Shown here: positions 60,179 through 64,000 of the stretch, piece after piece
Numbering within the stretch: the stretch's first letter is position 1
Layout of the letters: each line of letters opens with the position of its first letter
Origin: Aplysia californica
Lineage: Eukaryota
Assembly: GCF_000002075.1 (NCBI RefSeq)
Contig: NW_004797311.1
Location: 1,760,820-1,824,819, forward strand
Length of the DNA stretch: 64,000 nt
Direction: 5' to 3'
Translations under genes and position numbers: made by a program
The notes under the pieces: generated by a model
The model's database searches: none
What the model was told of the DNA's origin: nothing
What the model saw: the letters and a program-made list of their open reading frames with translations, nothing else

Positions 60179-63100
60179 TTAAAATGGAAATAAAGCAACT
60201 CCCTATGTTGCATATGGTAGTGCTAGTTCTCTTCATTAAATATATATAAGTGTTGTGCTTTGAGATTTTCTAGACCATAATCTGCTGGGTGATGGATAAA
60301 GTTTGAGGGTTATTTTGTTTTGCCATGTTTTTAGAATCTAGTGCACTTTGTGTTCTTTTCATAGATTTTCTGTATTGCTTCAAAGAATGCATATGTGCTT
60401 CAAAGTATTTGTAATACAAATATTAGGATATGAAGCATGAGTATCAATGATTTTCCTCTGTTCACTTTGTAGGAATGGAGAAAACGGCATTGTGATGAGT
60501 GTAATGACTCACTGGCTGAAGATAAGATTCATGTTTTATTCAGAAGCACCAACTTCTGTGACTGACATTGTTGGTGTCAAAGGTTGGGCATTTTATTTTA
60601 TGAGTCAGCTGGTACAGGGCTTATACTTCTGGCAAGCTGTTGCAGTTGCCTGCTTTTGCGATTTGTGGGAATTTTGTACATAAAGTTCTCATGCATATTT
60701 GCATAGAATAAACCACAGAGGAAATGAAGTACTTTCTATTAACTCGTGATACTGCATCAGTTCCTTCTTATCTACTTTCTGAAATATTCAGGTGCTGCTT
60801 GTACTACCATATGAAACTCACAATACTATTTTTGTCTGCCTCCTATTTTTTATCTTTCGAAACATGTTTAATGTTTTAATAAAATAAATAAGTAAATAAA
60901 TTTTATGTACCGATTTAATCCTTGGGTAAGTTTTTGATACTCGGAGGCAGAAAGCTTAGCCAGAGCTACTGTTGTATGGAGGGAATGCGTTGTCCGCTGT
61001 GCTCAGTTCATGTATTCAAGTTCTGTGTAGAGACATGTCAGTTCTTGTATTCAGAGATATTCAAGTAGAATTGTATGCTTAGTTGAGATTAAACCCCTTT
61101 TCGCTGAAGGTGACTGATCTGATGCCTTTAAACATCTCACAATGTTGAACTTCGTGTTTTTATATATGTATGTAAATTGTTTCCGTTTTCTTTTTTTGCT
61201 TTGACATTTGCTCGTTATGATTGCTCTGTATTTTTTGTAAATTTTTTGTGTTTGTTGTAAGATATAGTTAGTGAAAATGCTTTTGAAGGATACACTGATG
61301 AGAGGGGACCTATGCACAGGACGCTTAATGTTTGGTTGGTGTTGGGGAGAAATATTGTGACTNNNNNNNNNNNNNNNNNNNNNNNNNNNNNNNNNNNNNN
61401 NNNNNNNNNNNNNNNNNNNNNNNNNNNNNNNNNNNNNNNNNNNNNNNNNNNNNNNNNNNNNNNNNNNNNNNNNNNNNNNNNNNNNNNNNNNNNNNNNNNN
61501 NNNNNNTCAGAAAGAGAAAGTGAGATAGTGTTCATATATTTAAACGTATGTACTTCAGAATCTTTTGCTTTTAACTTTGCTTCTTTATTTTTCTGCTTTT
61601 ATGGTTCCATAATTTGTTTGTTAGTATTTCTTTTATCTTGGATTATCTTAAAGAAAAGGTTTAGTAATTACTATATATATTATAAGTACATATTGTTTTA
61701 ATTTCTGTACATATGTGATGTACCTGTCATTTAGAAGGCTGTGCCCATATAAAGAAGATATATATGCTTATATGCTATGATCATTTCTTTGTCAAAGAGG
61801 CATGATTATTGATGCTCCAGCTAGTGTCATCATGTATTTGAATTAACTAAATTGCCATAACATCCCACCATGAGTTGTACTTCTATTTTTTTACTACTAC
61901 ACTCCAAAACAAAACTTCTACTTGATGAGTACATGCAAATGAACAGCAAAAGTGTGTAAGGACAAATCTTCATCTTTTACAAAAAGACTTAGTTTCCCCT
62001 CGTTTAAGGTCTACTGCACCGCCTTTGAAAAAAAAGAACATATTTGTGTGGTAGGTTACATGAAATCAAAGCATGTGAATGCATCTGGGGTAATTTTTTT
62101 TATTAAGTACAAAATTTCAAGACATTCAGCAGTTGACTAAACTTAAACACAAGACTACTTGATGATAATGATGTAGCATCAACGTACATCAATATTTGTG
62201 AATTATCATCCAGATTTATTTTTTGTGACTGTATTGAGATGAGTCATGAGAATTAGATATTGAGTAAGAACCATGTTAACTTTCATGGATTTTGAAAATC
62301 TAAATGTACCAGAAGTAGTATAGCACATACGGAAGTGATATTCTGAAATGCTTTTTAATTTCTATTTTTATGTCTTTCTGTGTGCCTCTTTGTGAAAATT
62401 AAGTTTGATTATGAGTCAACGTTGTGGTTTTGTCCTTCTTTTCACCTAAACTTCTGCTGGTACAAGTAGTGGTGACCTCTGCAACTGCAAGAATTTTGAT
62501 ATGTGTCCATAGCCCTGGTAATTTTTAAAGCATTATTGTGTGAAAAATAATCCTTCATTGAACGTTTTTTTTTCACTCAGGTTCTCTAACTGCTTGCTCT
62601 TTGCAATGGAGGTTTCAGTTATTTTTTTTTTTTTCTTACTTTCTTTGAGCTTTTACAGACTGTCGAGTCTTCCTAGCTGGTAGCTTCATAAATACATGTA
62701 TATGCATGCTAAAAGATATTGTTTAATGTAGACAGTAGATTTTTTTTTTCAATATGTACTAATTATTTAAGTAACATATGTACTTTTCCTCAGGATTTCT
62801 CATCCGAATTTATGAAAACTATGCTACATAACTGTGATAGTGCACTCATGAGGGACCACTGTGTGTTTTTCTGGCTGAATGGACCCTTAGAACTAGGTTT
62901 TGAAAGGTGTTTTTGATAACTTAGTTCACTGGGATCCAGAAGGTCCAGGGAATTAAGCTTTGGCGCTTTTGCAGGTAATTTTTTAGCCAAATATGATATG
63001 ATGACTATGTTAATTGGTCCTTATATGTTTTTGAACAGGAGAAATATGGGGCTTGTGGTTGTTCCTTTAAAAATTTTTTCCTTTTCTTTTCAAGTAGGAG

Positions 63101-64000
63101 TAGGAGAGTACCTCACAGCATGTTTCTGACTACTGATTTTTCCAAAAGACACATAGTAACTTTTAAGCATCTGTCACTGTCATTTGTAGACAGAATTTAT
63201 GAAAATGAAGTGGAATGGACAATTTTACATGCCTGTGGGACGACCATTTGTCTTTAGTGAATTTTTGTGGAGCTATTGACTGTTAAAGTCTTTATTCCAT
63301 CCAAGCTATGCTTTTGTCAATCAGTATTGTGTTTCAAGTCTGTTTTGCCCATGATTTTGCACCTTACATAAGTTTTAGCTGCTTTACAGTAACGTAACAG
63401 AGTAAATATTTAGTGTTGTGCTCCACTGTTTAGAGGAATAGTTTTCTTTTTGCAAACTTAATTTTGTACTGACTTGAAAATTATTGTGGTTTACCAAGTT
63501 TTGTTTCAATTTTGACTTACCAGAGTATGATGGTAACTGTATGATAAATCTTCCTATTGATTCGTTCTCATTGATGTTAGCCAAGTAAGCAATTAGGGAG
63601 CAAATCCTCATTCATTCCAGATCTAGGCCAGGTTCTTCTCCGTCTTTTTTTTTTTTTACAGGATGAAGAGGTAGTTCTGTAAAAATATGTGTGTGTGATT
63701 TTTAAAATAAAATGTTAAAACTCACATGAAGCGTGTACTGACTTGGTTTGTATTGAAATTGCTGATTGTTCCTCTTTTGGCTCTTTTAGGTCAAGAGGAT
63801 TGGAGAAGTGTTTCAATAGTTTCATATTAACATACTTACACTTAAACAGCTCCAACAAAAGTTTCCGTAAATTCAGATCGAACAATTAGACCAGATCAGA
63901 AGCTATATGTGTCAATGACCCTGTAGACATAGTTTTATGTTGTTGTTTTTTTACCCGATACTCGTCATTGCTCTTATGCAGGTGTTGGAGCTATTTCGAC

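Noticed and set aside
60460-64000. Several acceptor-like pyrimidine tracts on the + strand (about 60472, 63661, 63790, 63981)
   Set aside because: No coherent reading frame or donor pairing found; could be non-coding exons or a gene continuing past the window, but unsupported.

Overview
Eukaryotic, intron- and repeat-rich genomic DNA with four assembly gaps; probably a gastropod or other lophotrochozoan, inferred from SINE domains and protein divergence. The core is a divergently transcribed gene pair. Gamma-tubulin (TUBG1) lies on the minus strand with 12-13 coding exons (ATG at 35700, about 456-457 aa). An ER-phagy receptor of the FAM134/RETREG family lies on the plus strand with 9 coding exons (36444-50703, 489 aa, C-terminal LIR DFDFL). 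Only 743 bp separate the start codons, the same head-to-head arrangement as human TUBG1-RETREG3. An orphan signal-peptide exon sits at 5399-5660 (-). The rest is transposon-derived: a young 5'-truncated RTE LINE with an 11-bp TSD, several tRNA-derived SINE families, at least six copies of a ~180-bp retroposon with a fixed non-tRNA head and a Nimb/I-type tail, MITEs with pogo/Tc1, Merlin-like, piggyBac-like and Kolobok-like ends, RNase H and MULE-like remnants, and microsatellites. All splice models and repeats were read by eye; no database searches were run.
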